NCBI GenBank assembly: GCA_051294905.1
Contig: CM119371.1
Coordinates: forward strand, 20,462,001 to 20,526,000
Direction: 5' to 3'
From: Botryllus schlosseri
Lineage: Eukaryota
Length of the DNA: 64,000 nt
Of the stretch, positions 23,027-35,745 are shown piece after piece; position 1 is the stretch's first letter; each line of letters begins with the position of its first letter. Under the pieces are notes generated by a model. It was given only the letters and a program-made list of their open reading frames with translations, was not told where the DNA came from and made no database searches. The position numbers and the translations under genes are program-made.

Positions 23027-23598
23027 AACTAATAAAGTTATATTCATTCGCAAGTGGGTGTTAAATAGAGTGTGAAAGCTACAAAGGTATTACGTTTATG
23101 TATATCGTCTGCTAACGGGCAACAAAGTATGGCAAACCATGTAATAGGAAATCTGATATGCTAAATTAGTGCTGATAAATATTTTTCAATATAAATGGGT
23201 CAGAGATTAGAGATTTGAGACTATTGCAGGCGTCGAAGTTTCTGGTGATGAAAACCTGTCATAGTCACTAATAAGGCCTACTCCTGAAAACACATGCGAC
23301 AAACATGTTGAATCGACCATGTATGTTTCGATCGTAAATAACCGCCATCGGAAACTATACCGTTTTAGTCACTTTGAACCCACCGCCATCAAATACTTTA
23401 GTTATTTGAATATCATATCTAAGCACGTCCTCGTGGGATAGCCCAGAAAATTTTGAGGTATCGTCGGTTGAATAAAAAGCGTATCATAAATGTTCTATGA
23501 GCTGTTCGATGGTTTTTGAGTTCATTTTTGAAAGAAATTATTGAAATGTTTTTAAAATTGTCGCCCCTGCTTCATCATAGGTCATATCAGGATATAAT

Positions 23599-26036
23599 TA
23601 GAGCTGCATTTAAAACAAACGGCATTTTGAAATCCTTTGTAAAAGACATGTTTTAAATTAAAATGTGTTTTGAACTAATGACATTAATTTTTTTAGCGTC
23701 TAATTATGCTATAATTGTATAATTACGTCCTGAAAAACATTTGTTCTGAGCCGACACACGATTTGCACCCACAATAGTCGAAGTATACAATGTGTGGAGG
23801 GTGGAACCCTCGAAATCGTCGTCTTTTAAACAGTTTTTGCCCGTAGATATATATCATTGGTGCAGAATGGGTGATCTGGTCATGATGATCTGTGGGTGAT
23901 CTGGTCACGACCATAAAAATGCTGCATAACGATGCAGTCTTGGTTGAAAATATTGTCGGTCTGTTTATGACAGTTATCGGAGTCCCTTCTCGTCGGAGGA
24001 GCCATATTTACCGTACATTTTCAATTGTCAATAATAATCCACTGTGACATCACAATCAAATATATTCGTAACGTCAAGGCTAAAAAAAGCATTGTTTTGA
24101 ACAGGTCGGTTTTGAATTGGTTTTTCTTTGAAATGCAATCTAGATATGATTCGTTACAGTGGTTCGTTTGTGATCGCGAACCCATGACCAAGGCTAATAT
24201 ACCAAACGCTAACGTGAAGGGAACGTTGGAGCCATTGTTACATCTCAAGTTCCTAGCAATGGTCCGCTTAAAGCCTTAAACATATACGTCTTATTGTAAA
24301 CCTACCCAATGAACAACGGCGACCCAGACAAAGTCATCGATATTTACAGTAGAATTCCTACCTTTCGGTTACTTGCAACTAGTATGTAGACAAGTGGTTC
24401 CCAACTTTTTTCGACTCATCGCCCCCCCCCCCTTTGAAGCTCCATACCGACCATCGCCCCAAAATATTGGGAACCAAAAAATGGGTATACAAACTGGGAT
24501 CACCGGCGAGTTGACTAATAAGAAAAGGTCAAGTTTTTAGCTTGACCTCGATATTACAATTTTACTTTTACACCTAAACGTGCAAAGCGCGATAAGTATA
24601 TATAATTCATGTTTGAATCGGTCAATATGGCTGGGAATTGCATATATATTGGTATCATTTTTTATCCTCTCTCTGCTCACGTAATCAGATATACCGATAG
24701 AGCTGAGTGTGCTGTGATGGAAAAGGTAGGACCCCTAAATAATAATGAAACATCTTCGGGCGGACCCGTTGTTGTATTGACTTCGTTGCAAGATGCTTTT
24801 TCGTGACCTCCTATATGTGCTATGTCAAAATACATGGAAATCGGCAAAATGTATCACATTGGTATTTCCTAACTGGCAAATATTGCTTCTCTGCGAGATG
24901 GCATTTGTCCTGTATGGTTCAGATCGCCAGGACAGGAACATTAGACGCCAGCCATTGATGCGTCTATGGACAATTAAACATTTATGTATATCGAAGAGTT
25001 CGGTCTGTACAAGGGCATTCCTTTTCGGCCAAGATCTTCTCGCTGCCAATCGTTCTCGCATACTTCTCGGAGTCGTTTATTACAGACCCTATAACTTCAC
25101 ATGTCTTGTTGCGTCGTGGCGCAGTAATGGTCGACGCCGAAGTCACCATTTCCATATATCATGCGTATTTTTGTAGGGGGAAGGGTACCCCAAAACCAAG
25201 ACATATGATAATATTCAATCGCGCCCAGCGTGCAAAATCTTTGAAAAAGTTGCAGGAATTTCTAAAAGATTTCTCTATAATTTGTGTTAATTCACGAAAT
25301 AATTTTTGGCCATATCCGAATTCGGTTTGGGGTGCGGCAGTTGCGGTCCTGACTCCATATTGACGTTTTAACGCGCCATCGCCTTCTATCTTTCCCTTCG
25401 TCCATTTTCACCCGCCCTATCGCCCCTTTCATTCTTTTCGCCCCCTAGACCGCCGAACCGCCCCCCCGGGGGCGATATCACTCACGTTGCGAACCACGGA
25501 CGTAGAGACATGTTGAAGGTGAACATGGTGACGTTGTCTTGGTCGTCGTTGTTTATTGTGTAGGTCACTAATAGGTTGCATATACCGGCTAACTTGAAAG
25601 GCAAGTTAGCAGTTGTAAGCAACCTTCATTATTCTAACACTAACATGCGTATTTTTATCAGCGTCACCGAACAGCGGCATGACAATACATCTAAGGGCTC
25701 ATTGCTATCACCTCATAGCTTTTGAAACTGATAAACACCTCACCTTGGGTTACATTTAAAACAGAAAATCAATTTAAGACAAACATGTTTAAAACATGGC
25801 CCTTTTTATTGTTTTTTATTCAAGGCCATGACGTCACGAATATTGATTTGTGACGTCAAAATGGATTGAAATTGGTGGTTATATCGGGTGGTAATTGTAA
25901 GTAGGCTCATACAACATGATTTTTGAAAGCATTTACACAATTATGGTATCATTTTGCAAATTGAAAAAAAAGCCATTTGCTTGAAATACTGTTTAAAAGA
26001 TGTTTTAAATCACCGTTTGTTTTAAATGCAGCCCTA
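23599..26036. mobile_element. TIR element (TAGGGCTGCATTTAAAACAAACGG) hosting nested MITEs
   Basis: About 24-bp terminal inverted repeats at 23599 and 26013-26036 and TTTAAAAC subterminal motifs; no clear TSD. Confidence 0.65.
24392..25499. mobile_element. Copy of the 44264-45675 element
   Basis: Colinear with 44264-45675; degenerate TSD ATGTAGAC/ACGTAGAG. Confidence 0.85.
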
Positions 26037-26072
26037 ACCTCAACTATGGTCATAAAAGCCTTCTGTCTCTGA

Positions 26073-27264
26073 CAGAGGTCTCAAAGTCAAATGTTCTCGC
26101 GGGCCAGTTTTCCAGTTTTGACGACACCGCGAGCGGCAGCATTTATAGGGGTATTCTATGCCTTTCCAAGTAGGCCTTATTTGGTGGGAATGAATTGTCC
26201 TATTGAAAGTGAGCCGATTCAGCAGACTGGCAGTAAACACACATCGGCAAAATGTGATTTAGTCTTGTATCAATTTAGGCCTGGCACGAAAAGAATCATC
26301 GCACTTATACCTATTTGAATAGAATTGTTGTTGTACTTGATATATATTAATTATAAGATATAGACACCATATGGGTGGACAAATGTATGATGATATCATA
26401 AAAGCTATCGGGTTATAATTTTGAAGCTACTATGAATTTTTCGAATTTAACAGATTGATAATAGAGGCTGATCTGATATCAAAACATTTTTAGGTTTAGC
26501 TTTGTAATTCCAATCCAGGATTCGGGTATACTTCTGATAAGTAGGCCTAGGCTATTTATTAATCTCATGGCCAAATATCTTCAAATAATATAAATATATT
26601 AATGAATGTGCCCCAGTGATTGAAATGTCGGAACGCCGAACGGCTCATTATTGTTGTTACATTATTGGAGCGTACCACTACGTTTAATAGACCTTATATA
26701 ATAACATGGCTTAGCGACCAAAATGTGTAACTAACAGATTGCCAATGGTTGCCATAACTACTTGCTTAGATAGCGAAATACCAAGCTGCGACCTTCTGAT
26801 CTATTACTGATCACCTGATACTCGATTAGTTGTCTTGCGTCCATGTTTCTAACAAATTCACGGCATTCCGAGTCACTCCAAATCCACCCGAGTAATTTTC
26901 ATTTCGCCATCGAGTTAGCCCGAGTCTGAGCAATTCTAAGAAAGCTCGCGTCCGAGTCCAAATCACAAATTTCAGTCAAGAATCGTCTAATGGTCAGGGC
27001 TGTCATCATGAATTGGAAATGTGACGAAATAGTGAATCATCCACCGCATTGGTAGCGTTTGCATTTGATTTGATAGTGAAGTTTGATGAATAGTTTCAGG
27101 CTTTCGGAGCAATTCAAGAGGGAATTTTCACTTTATAACCTGAAAAGATATATGTGTCACTTAAATATTGCCAAAATAATAAAAATCTAAAATGTCGTCG
27201 CGGGCCGCACAAAACGCTTTGGCGGGCCGCATGTGGCCCGCGGGCCGCGTGTTTGAGACCTCTG
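26073..27264. mobile_element. hAT non-autonomous element (TIR CAGAGGTCTCAAA)
   Basis: TSD GTCTCTGA/GTCTATGA and GCGGGCCGC subterminal motifs. Confidence 0.8.
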
Positions 27265-27907
27265 GTCTATGACAACCTGATTTGTAACCAAAATTGATTA
27301 CGTTGATTCAATAATGGCTCAATGTCTGGCACACAGCATTCAGTTGTTCATCGGGCTCCAATTATGATTAATTTCCCGAGTTCATAGAGTACGCTGGCGT
27401 AATGACTGTTTGCATTCAAGTTAAAATTCCTTCAGATAGCAAGCTGCAAATAATCAATTCTTCAGAGAGTTAAAATAAACAAAAACTACAATTTCGATTC
27501 AAATATCAAATAAGGCTCACATGGTAGTTAGTCCTGTATAATAGAATAAATCACGAAAATCAAGCTACTGGTAGCATGAAGCGCTATCATGTGATGAATA
27601 GAGATAACCTTCAACAGCGAACACCCAATAGCTATTACCAAGCGTTTCGGATGAAGAACATTCGCTTTTGAAAATATTCAGTTAGCGCCATCGTAACGGA
27701 AATCCATCTTCCGTCGCACATATAGCTTTTCTCCAACACGAGTTCGATGCTGAGACCGACGTCAAATGCATTTTCTACGATCCCGCAGCAGACCAATTTA
27801 TTTAAACCACGATCTATTATATCTTAATATCAATATAGCTAGGCCCATTAGTCAGACCGTTTCCTCGGATATAAGTTCAATTTTCTGATAGTGATAATGG
27901 TTTCTGC

Positions 27908-28476
27908 CAGGGTTGTAACGAAGTCACAAGGCTCCGAGTCACAAGTCAATTTCACTTTTATAATTTTGACTCGAGTCAAGTCGAGTCATTTTCAACTCAC
28001 CACCGAGTCAAGTCCGAGTCCGAGTCATCGATCAGAGGGTCGAGTCCGAGTCATGGCATTATGACTCAAGTCGAGTCCAAGTCAATACGTTGACTGCTCA
28101 GTTCCCAGCTAAAATCAAGTTAAATTCACTTTTTATAACTCTGTTTGGTGATTTTGAATGGTTCGCATTTATAATATAGTAATTTTCCTTACTTTTAGCA
28201 GGTTCTGATCGCATTCTCGCGTGCTAGTACCAATAAACGAAATCCCAATAAGGTGGTTACTTTACTATTCTTCGAAATTATGATAAAATATCGGTCTTGG
28301 CCGTCTGCGTCTCGAGTCATATGACTTGGTTCGAGTCATGCGCAATGACTCGAGTCCAAGTCGAGTCGAGTCCTTTCTGTATTTTGAGAAAATGACTCGA
28401 GTCAAGTCGAGTCATCAGAAAATAGTGACTCGTATCTGACTCGAGTCGAGTCATGACTCGAGTTATTACAACCCTG
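27908..28476. mobile_element. hAT MITE (TIR CAGGGTTGTAA), same family as 18134-20416
   Basis: 8-bp TSD GTTTCTGC (27900-27907, 28477-28484) and GACTC/GAGTC subterminal arrays. Confidence 0.92.
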
Positions 28477-28614
28477 GTTTCTGCTCCTGAAGATCTTTTC
28501 TTGGAATTGTTCCGAGGATTCAGTTGATCCTGATTTTCCTTCTGTTTCATGAATTCCCAAATGCAGTACTGGAAAGGGTTTTTCAGCAACGATTTATCAA
28601 TATATAGTGCAACA

Positions 28615-29559
28615 TCACTCCGTATTATCCACGTGAATTTTGATGTGTTTTTTCATATTTGATTTTACATTGAATGCTTTCCCACATATTTTGCAATGGT
28701 AATTCACTGCCGCATGAACGGAATAGTGTTGTTTCAGGTGAGACTTTCTCATGAAGCGTTTCCTGCATATATCGCATTCATACTTGCTCTCTTTTAAGTG
28801 GATCATCTTCGCGTGTACCTTAACGTACGACTTCGAGCGAAATGTTTTACCGCAAATGTCGCACTGATGCTGGTTTTCTCCCGTGTGAATCAGGCAGTGA
28901 TATGTTAGATGAGATTTTTGACCGAAACTTTTTCCGCATATATCACACTCGTGTGCTTTTACTCCAAAATGAATTAAATAATGTGTTTTCAAATGACTTT
29001 TAGTAGTGAAGTCTTTTCCGCATATATGACACACATATTGTTTCGCTCTGGTGTGAATCATATAATGCCTTTTCAATTCACTTTCCCGTCCAAACCCCTT
29101 TCCGCATATACTGCAGTCATAATATTTCATTCCGGTATGAAACAGATAATGGGTCTTCAAATTGGTGTTTGTAACGAAAGCCTTACCGCATACTTCGCAT
29201 TTATAGTCTTTGATTCCCATGTGTGTAGCATAATGATTTGTAAGTTGAAACTTTCGCGAAAAGGTTTTCGCACATACATTGCACTCAAACTCTTTCAGTG
29301 CGGCGTGGATTTTCATGTGCGTTCTCATGTCAAATTTCTTGATGAAAGGTTTCCCGCATATGTCGCACTCGAACTCTTTAATTCCGGTATGAATTTTCAA
29401 ATGGACTTTCATGGCATGCTTCCGGGTGAATGCCATTCCGCAGACCTCACAAATATGTTCACTGCCCTCGTCAAGATGTCCCGAATTGACACTGTCCTTC
29501 CTCACTATGCAAGGAGACTTCGATTCTATGACTTTCATCTGATTCAATACGCCAGCCAT
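28615..29559 (-). CDS. Tandem C2H2 zinc-finger protein (10 fingers, 314 aa ORF), no recognisable effector domain
   Basis: Ten canonical CxxC-x12-Hx3-4H fingers with TG(I/M/E)K-type linkers. The frame stays open upstream to a candidate acceptor (ttgcag at about 29609), so an upstream exon is possible. Confidence 0.9.
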   Translation of the reverse strand: MAGVLNQMKVIESKSPCIVRKDSVNSGHLDEGSEHICEVCGMAFTRKHAMKVHLKIHTGIKEFECDICGKPFIKKFDMRTHMKIHAALKEFECNVCAKTFSRKFQLTNHYATHMGIKDYKCEVCGKAFVTNTNLKTHYLFHTGMKYYDCSICGKGFGRESELKRHYMIHTRAKQYVCHICGKDFTTKSHLKTHYLIHFGVKAHECDICGKSFGQKSHLTYHCLIHTGENQHQCDICGKTFRSKSYVKVHAKMIHLKESKYECDICRKRFMRKSHLKQHYSVHAAVNYHCKICGKAFNVKSNMKKHIKIHVDNTE

Positions 29560-30474
29560 TCTTTGAATATCGTCGCGTTTACTTTTGCCCTTAATATATA
29601 GTTCAGTACTGCAATCTCAAAAGATGACCGGAAGATTACATCTTTATATATCACAGAGGATCGCAATGTAAAATATTACACAGTCATGGGAGGTCGAATT
29701 TGTTATTTCGGGCTGAATTATAGGTAGAATTATTCCAGTACGTTTCTGGTCAATTTCATGTAGAATTTTTCGAGCATGCCCAAACTAAGTGAAGTAGACT
29801 TGAAGTAGTATGTGAAGTAGTATTCAAAAGTATTCAAGTATAAGCACATTTAAGAAAGTAACACTAACATCAAGGAGTAACGTGAGTATCGTAGGTATGT
29901 AAAGTCAGATCATAGCAAATCTCAAGAAAGCGAGTCGTCAGTCAAGTATTGGTACATCACGACCATAATATCTGATCACCTACCTATTTGCTTCAAGCCC
30001 GGCACCACCGTCGATTAACATCCTTGGTTAGTTATATCATTAATAATATTACTATAAACACTACCGCCTGATGAAAAATCTATAGCTTAGGGTTATTAAC
30101 CATACCGATCAAATCCCATTTTGCGAGGCTTTTCGAACTACCTCCCAATTGATATCTGGTATGAATGTTTGACACCGCATAAAATTCATTCGGAATGACT
30201 ACCGATATGCATGTGAAGTCATAGACACATCATATGAGCATGATCCCATATTCCCTGGTGATATGCGGACGTGCACACAACATGACGAATTCTCGATGTC
30301 AGATCTCAGCCAATACTATGTATCAGCCAAATATTGTATATACCTATGCACAATGTTGCGTGTCATTCAGCGCTGTGAATTTAGAGTGATAGTACGTTCA
30401 GGAATATACATGAATGACTAAAATCAATACATGTCAATATCGCTGCCAAATATTTTGATGCTGGTCATATACAC

Positions 30475-30856
30475 CAGTGGTTCCCAACCTCTTTCTACTC
30501 ATCGCCCTCCTTCAATCTCGAGACGAGTTTTCACCCCCTCTATTTACGGATCCCGAAAAGAGGACATACAAACAGTAAATTTATGCACTCAACTCTGATC
30601 GATAGTGAATTTATTAAAAACGGTCATTTTTCCAAGGTGCATGTGCTCGGAAAACCGGTTTCCGCATCCGCTATCCGTTGAGTTGACCTATTTTTGCATC
30701 ATAATCAGAATGAGCCGCCTTCGCGTGATTTTTTAGGCCTTGTTTTTAATATATCCCACTAAAAATCGTAGCATTGTCGCCCCAATCGCCCCTACGTCAC
30801 CCTCTTTGGTATTTTCACCCTTGGTTCTCCAAATCGCCCACGTTGGAATCCAGTTC
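30475..30856. mobile_element. hAT MITE (TIR CAGTGGTTCCCAAC); inverted relative at 36081-36400
   Basis: Terminal motifs, TSD-like ATATACAC/CTATACAC, and shared internal sequence with 36081-36400. Confidence 0.7.
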
Positions 30857-30967
30857 TATACACAGTATATATGTCACACATATAATTGCATGCGATTTTG
30901 CTCATGATGGGGAACGAGATAAATTTTATTGCCACTTTGGACTTGGCGAAATTTACAAAGCGAAAGA

Positions 30968-31238
30968 AGTGGCGAGATAGCGCAGTGGTATAATCCGCGG
31001 CTGCAACACCAATTGGTGTGGGTTCGAGTCCGACCGAGGTCGACTTTCGAATTCCGATGGAGGTTTACCTAGGCTCCTCCTCGCCACCTCATCCGCGTCA
31101 GCGGTGTCTTACAAAAGCCTAGAGGTGGGCCGTCCTATAAGTCGGCAGTTACGGAAAATATGAAGAATATCGGCCTGGTGTAAATGACCATAGCAGTCGA
31201 CAAACACCATGAATACCCCAAAACAACCAAACAAACAA
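30968..31238 (+). mobile_element. Full-length tRNA-derived SINE with (CAAA)n tail
   Basis: A box TAGCGCAGTGG (30978-30988), B box GGTTCGAGTCC (31021-31031), (CAAA)n tail and a 13-bp TSD ACAAAGCGAAAGA (30955-30967, 31239-31251). Confidence 0.88.
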
Positions 31239-33290
31239 ACAAAGCGAAAGATATCTGGAAGAAGTCAGATAGACTAATAAGAGTGAAGGAGAAGTGCAAA
31301 AATTAGATCGTATATTCGTCAAGATTTAAAAGAGGATTTTCTGAACCATTCGTTCTCGAAATCGCGGTATACCACCAGCACAAAAATATTGGTCCGAATT
31401 TCGTATTTGCAAAGTGTCTGAACACCCCTAACACATTCCGTGCCACCAAGCAATGCGTTGGCATTGTGAGCATTCTGCACAATGATTGCGTATTTTTAAT
31501 ATATTATTTTGATATGACGAGAAGGGGCGCAAATATTTTCACCTATCATCAAGGGGATGCGTCGTAAAAAGTTTGAGAAATGCTATCCTAATCGGTCCAT
31601 TGATCACTGTATAATAAAAAAGGAACTCATGTTCGAGTTCTCTAAATTCCATATAGCCTTAAAATGCGATTCATTCTCGTTTCAACGCAATAGCTGGTTG
31701 TATTATTGTTGTAAGTAGACCGGGTTCATGTAGACAGAGATGCATTGTAGACGGTACTCACTTATCAGTGTTTGAATAATAAATATAGCTCAATTATCCA
31801 TTAAATACTACATGTCAATGGCGACTGTTAAACCTACATCAATAACACTGCCGACCTCTCAAATGTTTCATGCATAGGTATTAGTTAATCCCATAGCAAT
31901 CGGATAAGTGTCCGTCATTGATAGCTTTGTTCCATAATAATTCCTTTCTAGTACAGTGCCTAATACCTGGGTCATATGCATGTGACAAACCCACTATATT
32001 AAACATCGTCTTTTGTTGTATATTGACTACCAATCATATTTTGAACTATAAACACTAGATCACAAATTCGTCATCGCTATAACTTGTATTTACTGTCAGC
32101 GGTACGTTTTGAAATGACCTGTAGGCCTATTATCAACTTAATCGCCTACGTAATTATAATAAAAGAAATCTAAAGTTTCATTTTAATTATGGTCTATTAC
32201 ATTATAAGTGGTTCTCGTTGATGAAATTCCCACCATGACACGATGCTCTGTATCGAAATCATCCCATCGAGATTGGATGTATTTTGACCGAAGACGAATT
32301 TTAGATGATCATCAGCTTCTATATTATTGTTAAATATAGCTCTTCTGAAGAGAATTCCCTCCGAAGTTGAAGTGAGACAAACAACAGAAAATGTCTTCAT
32401 CTTGATAACTAGTTACAACTTATCAGAAATTTTTTCATTTTTTGTTCCGAAAAGAAACAAAGCAAACAGAATTACAGTAACGACAATAATGTTGAATCTC
32501 TATGCAACAATCACAGAAAGCGGCTAGCAAAAATGAGCAGAAGATGAGTAATTTATCAGCAGCTTTTCCTAGTTTTTCTCAGTTTACTAATCATCCATTA
32601 CACGGAAATCGTGGGCACACCTGGTGGTTGCTATTAACTTGCGTCGACACAGCAACAACTAGTTTACCCCAGGCAGTAAACCAAATATTCAGTGACCCTT
32701 TCACATTCATTGCGTAATAAATCGAATGAAACCTAAGTAACCGGCCCACATTGATAAGGAATAAGAATGGCTAGCATCAGAATTTGAAAATGCCCGACAG
32801 AGAAAATAGAATATTCCCACAAACGTAGTTATGCTGCCCCCTGAGCGAAGGTGTTCACAGCTATCAAAAGAACACGATCGTCGAAATTACAGCTATGGTG
32901 CAACACAAATCTGAACTAATTCTTTTCACAATGTGAAATCAAAACTACAAAGCTAATGCGCACCATTCTAACATACAAAGACAACGACATACGTCTCGAA
33001 AAAAACTGGTCGTGCGTCATCTTCTCAACTAGGTTTGTTTTAAACTAGATGCACACCAGTAATGCTGGGCGACTCACGCGCATCTCGAATAGCTAACTAA
33101 GGAACTTCTCATTTACGTTGAAATGAAGCGAGAGGAATATTAATAATGACGGACGACTCTTGCGCTTTCGCCGAAGGAGAGCGACACGTAGTTTGCGAGA
33201 AAATGGCAAAGCTGCGGCCTTTTTTATTGCTCTTATCTTTGCTACACGAGTATTGAGCACAACATGAGCTCGATATTAACTGATGCCGCC

Positions 33291-33512
33291 GTTGGTGAGC
33301 CGCGCAAAAGAAGTCGGCAGCACAGACGAAGATATACGGGCGCATGAAAATCGAGGGAGAACGATGGTGAAAGAGTGCGAACGTGAAAAGTCGCCCGGAA
33401 GATGACGAAAAATCAAAGACAATGAAATGTTACACTTGTTACTGTCGTGGCGCACATAGCCTGCAAAGGCGATAAGCGCCACTGTGCTGTGCAAATAATA
33501 ATAATAATAATA
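33291..33512 (+). mobile_element. 5'-truncated SINE related to 63126-63480, with (AAT)n tail
   Basis: Perfect 18-bp TSD ATATTAACTGATGCCGCC (33273-33290, 33513-33530). Shares ggtgagcc...agaagtcggcagc...ggcgcatg and gcgata.gc.ccactgtg with the 63126 element. Confidence 0.8.
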
Positions 33513-33567
33513 ATATTAACTGATGCCGCCAAGATACCATACTCGATTTTCCATGGGGACTATTTAC

Positions 33568-33900
33568 CAGTGTTTGGATGACTCAAGGCATGACTTGACA
33601 GGAATCAGACTCCAGACAAGTTTTTCGTATGACTCTAGTTGACTCCAGTCTCTTTGCAGAAATGATTTGACTTGACTCTGCACCTCACAAATGTGGCTTG
33701 ACTCGTGACCCGAAGCAACATTTACGGGTCAATTTCAAGTCATTTAGTAAGTGGTGTCGAATGAATCACCCTGTCTTATGTATTCCCAAATTGTTCGCGA
33801 TCGTCGGTGATACTTGTCAGAGCAACGAGTCATTCACTGATTGTATATTACACTGATCCTCCATGGTTACATCACAAATCAATCGACCGCAAACGAAAGG
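33568..33900. mobile_element. Old degenerate 5' part of the CAGTGTTGGGAT MITE family
   Basis: CAGTGTTTGGATGACTC start and by-eye similarity to 50943-51250. Confidence 0.65.
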
Positions 33901-34893
33901 ATCACAACTTCCGTTGTTGTAGTTGAAGTAAATTATTCTAATAACAACGTTTCCTTGTTTCGTATGCGGCTCAACTCCTACATTACGCTGTGCTCACCTT
34001 TAACAACACTCACGCACAGATTCGATTGCCACCGTCGTTATTACGACGGCAAACGAGGCCTAGAAAAGAGACCCGTCAAAGAAATAAAAACAAATAGCTT
34101 CCAACAAAGGACCGAAGAAAAACAATGAAATCAGAGAAGGTTAGTAGTTCAGGCATCCCCAATCATGTGTCGAGAACATTTTTTTGATAAAAATAAGTCA
34201 AGATTGACCCCGTACGCCTGCTAGATTTTTTACAACAAACAACGGTATCAATTTCATTGTTTGGTTGAATAAGTATCATTCGCTGACTACTACATGTACT
34301 GTATTTCGCTCTTGATGTTGTGTGATTGCGGGTCAAGCTCACAGCAGAGAGTCACTAAATATTCACAAACGGAAAGCTGGATATTTCGAGCAAACGCTTG
34401 TAACAAAACAAGTAAAATTTTTGAGATTGTAAAGATGCATGCTCGTTTAGTGTTCATATTGTTTATGCTGCCGTGGCCATTCATTGAGTGGCCTGCAGTT
34501 GAAATGAAGGAAATTTCAACCAAATATGTTAAAATGACGTGAAAATTATAACATATGAAAAATATTCACAGTGCAGAACCTACCAAGGTTCGTTTGTGAA
34601 CGTGAACCTCTACATTTCTCAGGTTCACACACAGAACGCGAACGTGAACCTCACGTTCACACCATCCCTAGTAATTAACCATTGAGTGATCAATAACAAT
34701 TCAGACTATATAGTGGCCCAATATTTTCAAACGTAGTTTTAATGCATCAAGATTTCCAACTTGTTGAATGGATTTGGGGTCACATTGTTGCTTGTGTTGT
34801 TTCGAGTACAAATACAACGGCGCCTAGAAGTAAGGAAGCTTTAAAAATTGCCTGAAACCTGAGATGGTATCGTTAACATTGAAAGATCTAGCA

Positions 34894-35745
34894 CGGGAGT
34901 TGCCAACCTTTTCAGCTAAAGGGCCACACGAGATTTACGAACCACTGCGTGGGACACTTGACCGTTGATGACCTTTTGTAATCGTCCGATAAAGCGAACC
35001 GAATTAGGTAACGTTGAAAACAATACTGTATTACCATACGCATTAAAACTAATAACGTATATATAGCCTATGTTCATGTCTTAGACGCGTCAGGCGCGAA
35101 ATTTTTTCAAAGGTAATGAATGAATTCGATCAATAATAATGTTTGTTACATATATTGCGGGTCGCCTCAGTATAACACTGTAATCATTGGGCAAGGACAG
35201 GATTATTGGGCGCTAAGAAATATCAATAACGAAGATTTCGGTGAAACTCTGTCGATCATTTTCTACAATGATTTCATCCGTGACGATCTTACTTACTGCG
35301 ATCACACACATGAATTTGCATGTTGGGAGACAAGTTCTCTAGTTACGAATATAGTTAGACTCCATTCAGTAAATTATGCGCATTTTTAATTATCAGGAGG
35401 ACTCCAATACTAAAAGCGAGGAATAGGATGGCAATAATTGCGCGAAATGCTAAGAAACATTTCAAGTCGAATAAATCTGCTACAAAATATGCTACTTTAT
35501 TGTCAATCGGTCATATACGAACATCTACGAAAACTGTGGCTGGCCCATTGCTACGCCAATGCGTCGGAACTGATGTTTCAGTCGGTCGTCAACATCCGAA
35601 ATTTCGATGTCAGGCTAATCAAATTTGGGTAGGCCTTGCAACTTTACCTGGGTAATTAATTGTTTTGATGCTATAACTGTAATTTCGAGAATTACCTCGT
35701 GGGCCACACAAAACGTTCTCGCGGGGTGAAGGTTTCCCGCCGCTG
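34894..35745. mobile_element. Old hAT non-autonomous element with GGGCCACAC motifs
   Basis: 8-bp TSD ATCTAGCA (34886-34893, 35746-35753); eroded TIRs. Confidence 0.7.

Noticed and set aside
28981..29601. Plus-strand ORFs opposite the ZNF genes (also 38267-38548, 48077-48996)
   Set aside because: Antisense shadows of repetitive ZNF coding sequence.
30968..31045. tRNA gene (Cys-like CTGCAA loop); similarly 63126-63200
   Set aside because: There is no acceptor stem pairing or poly-T terminator, and each continues into a body, tail and TSD, so these are SINE heads.
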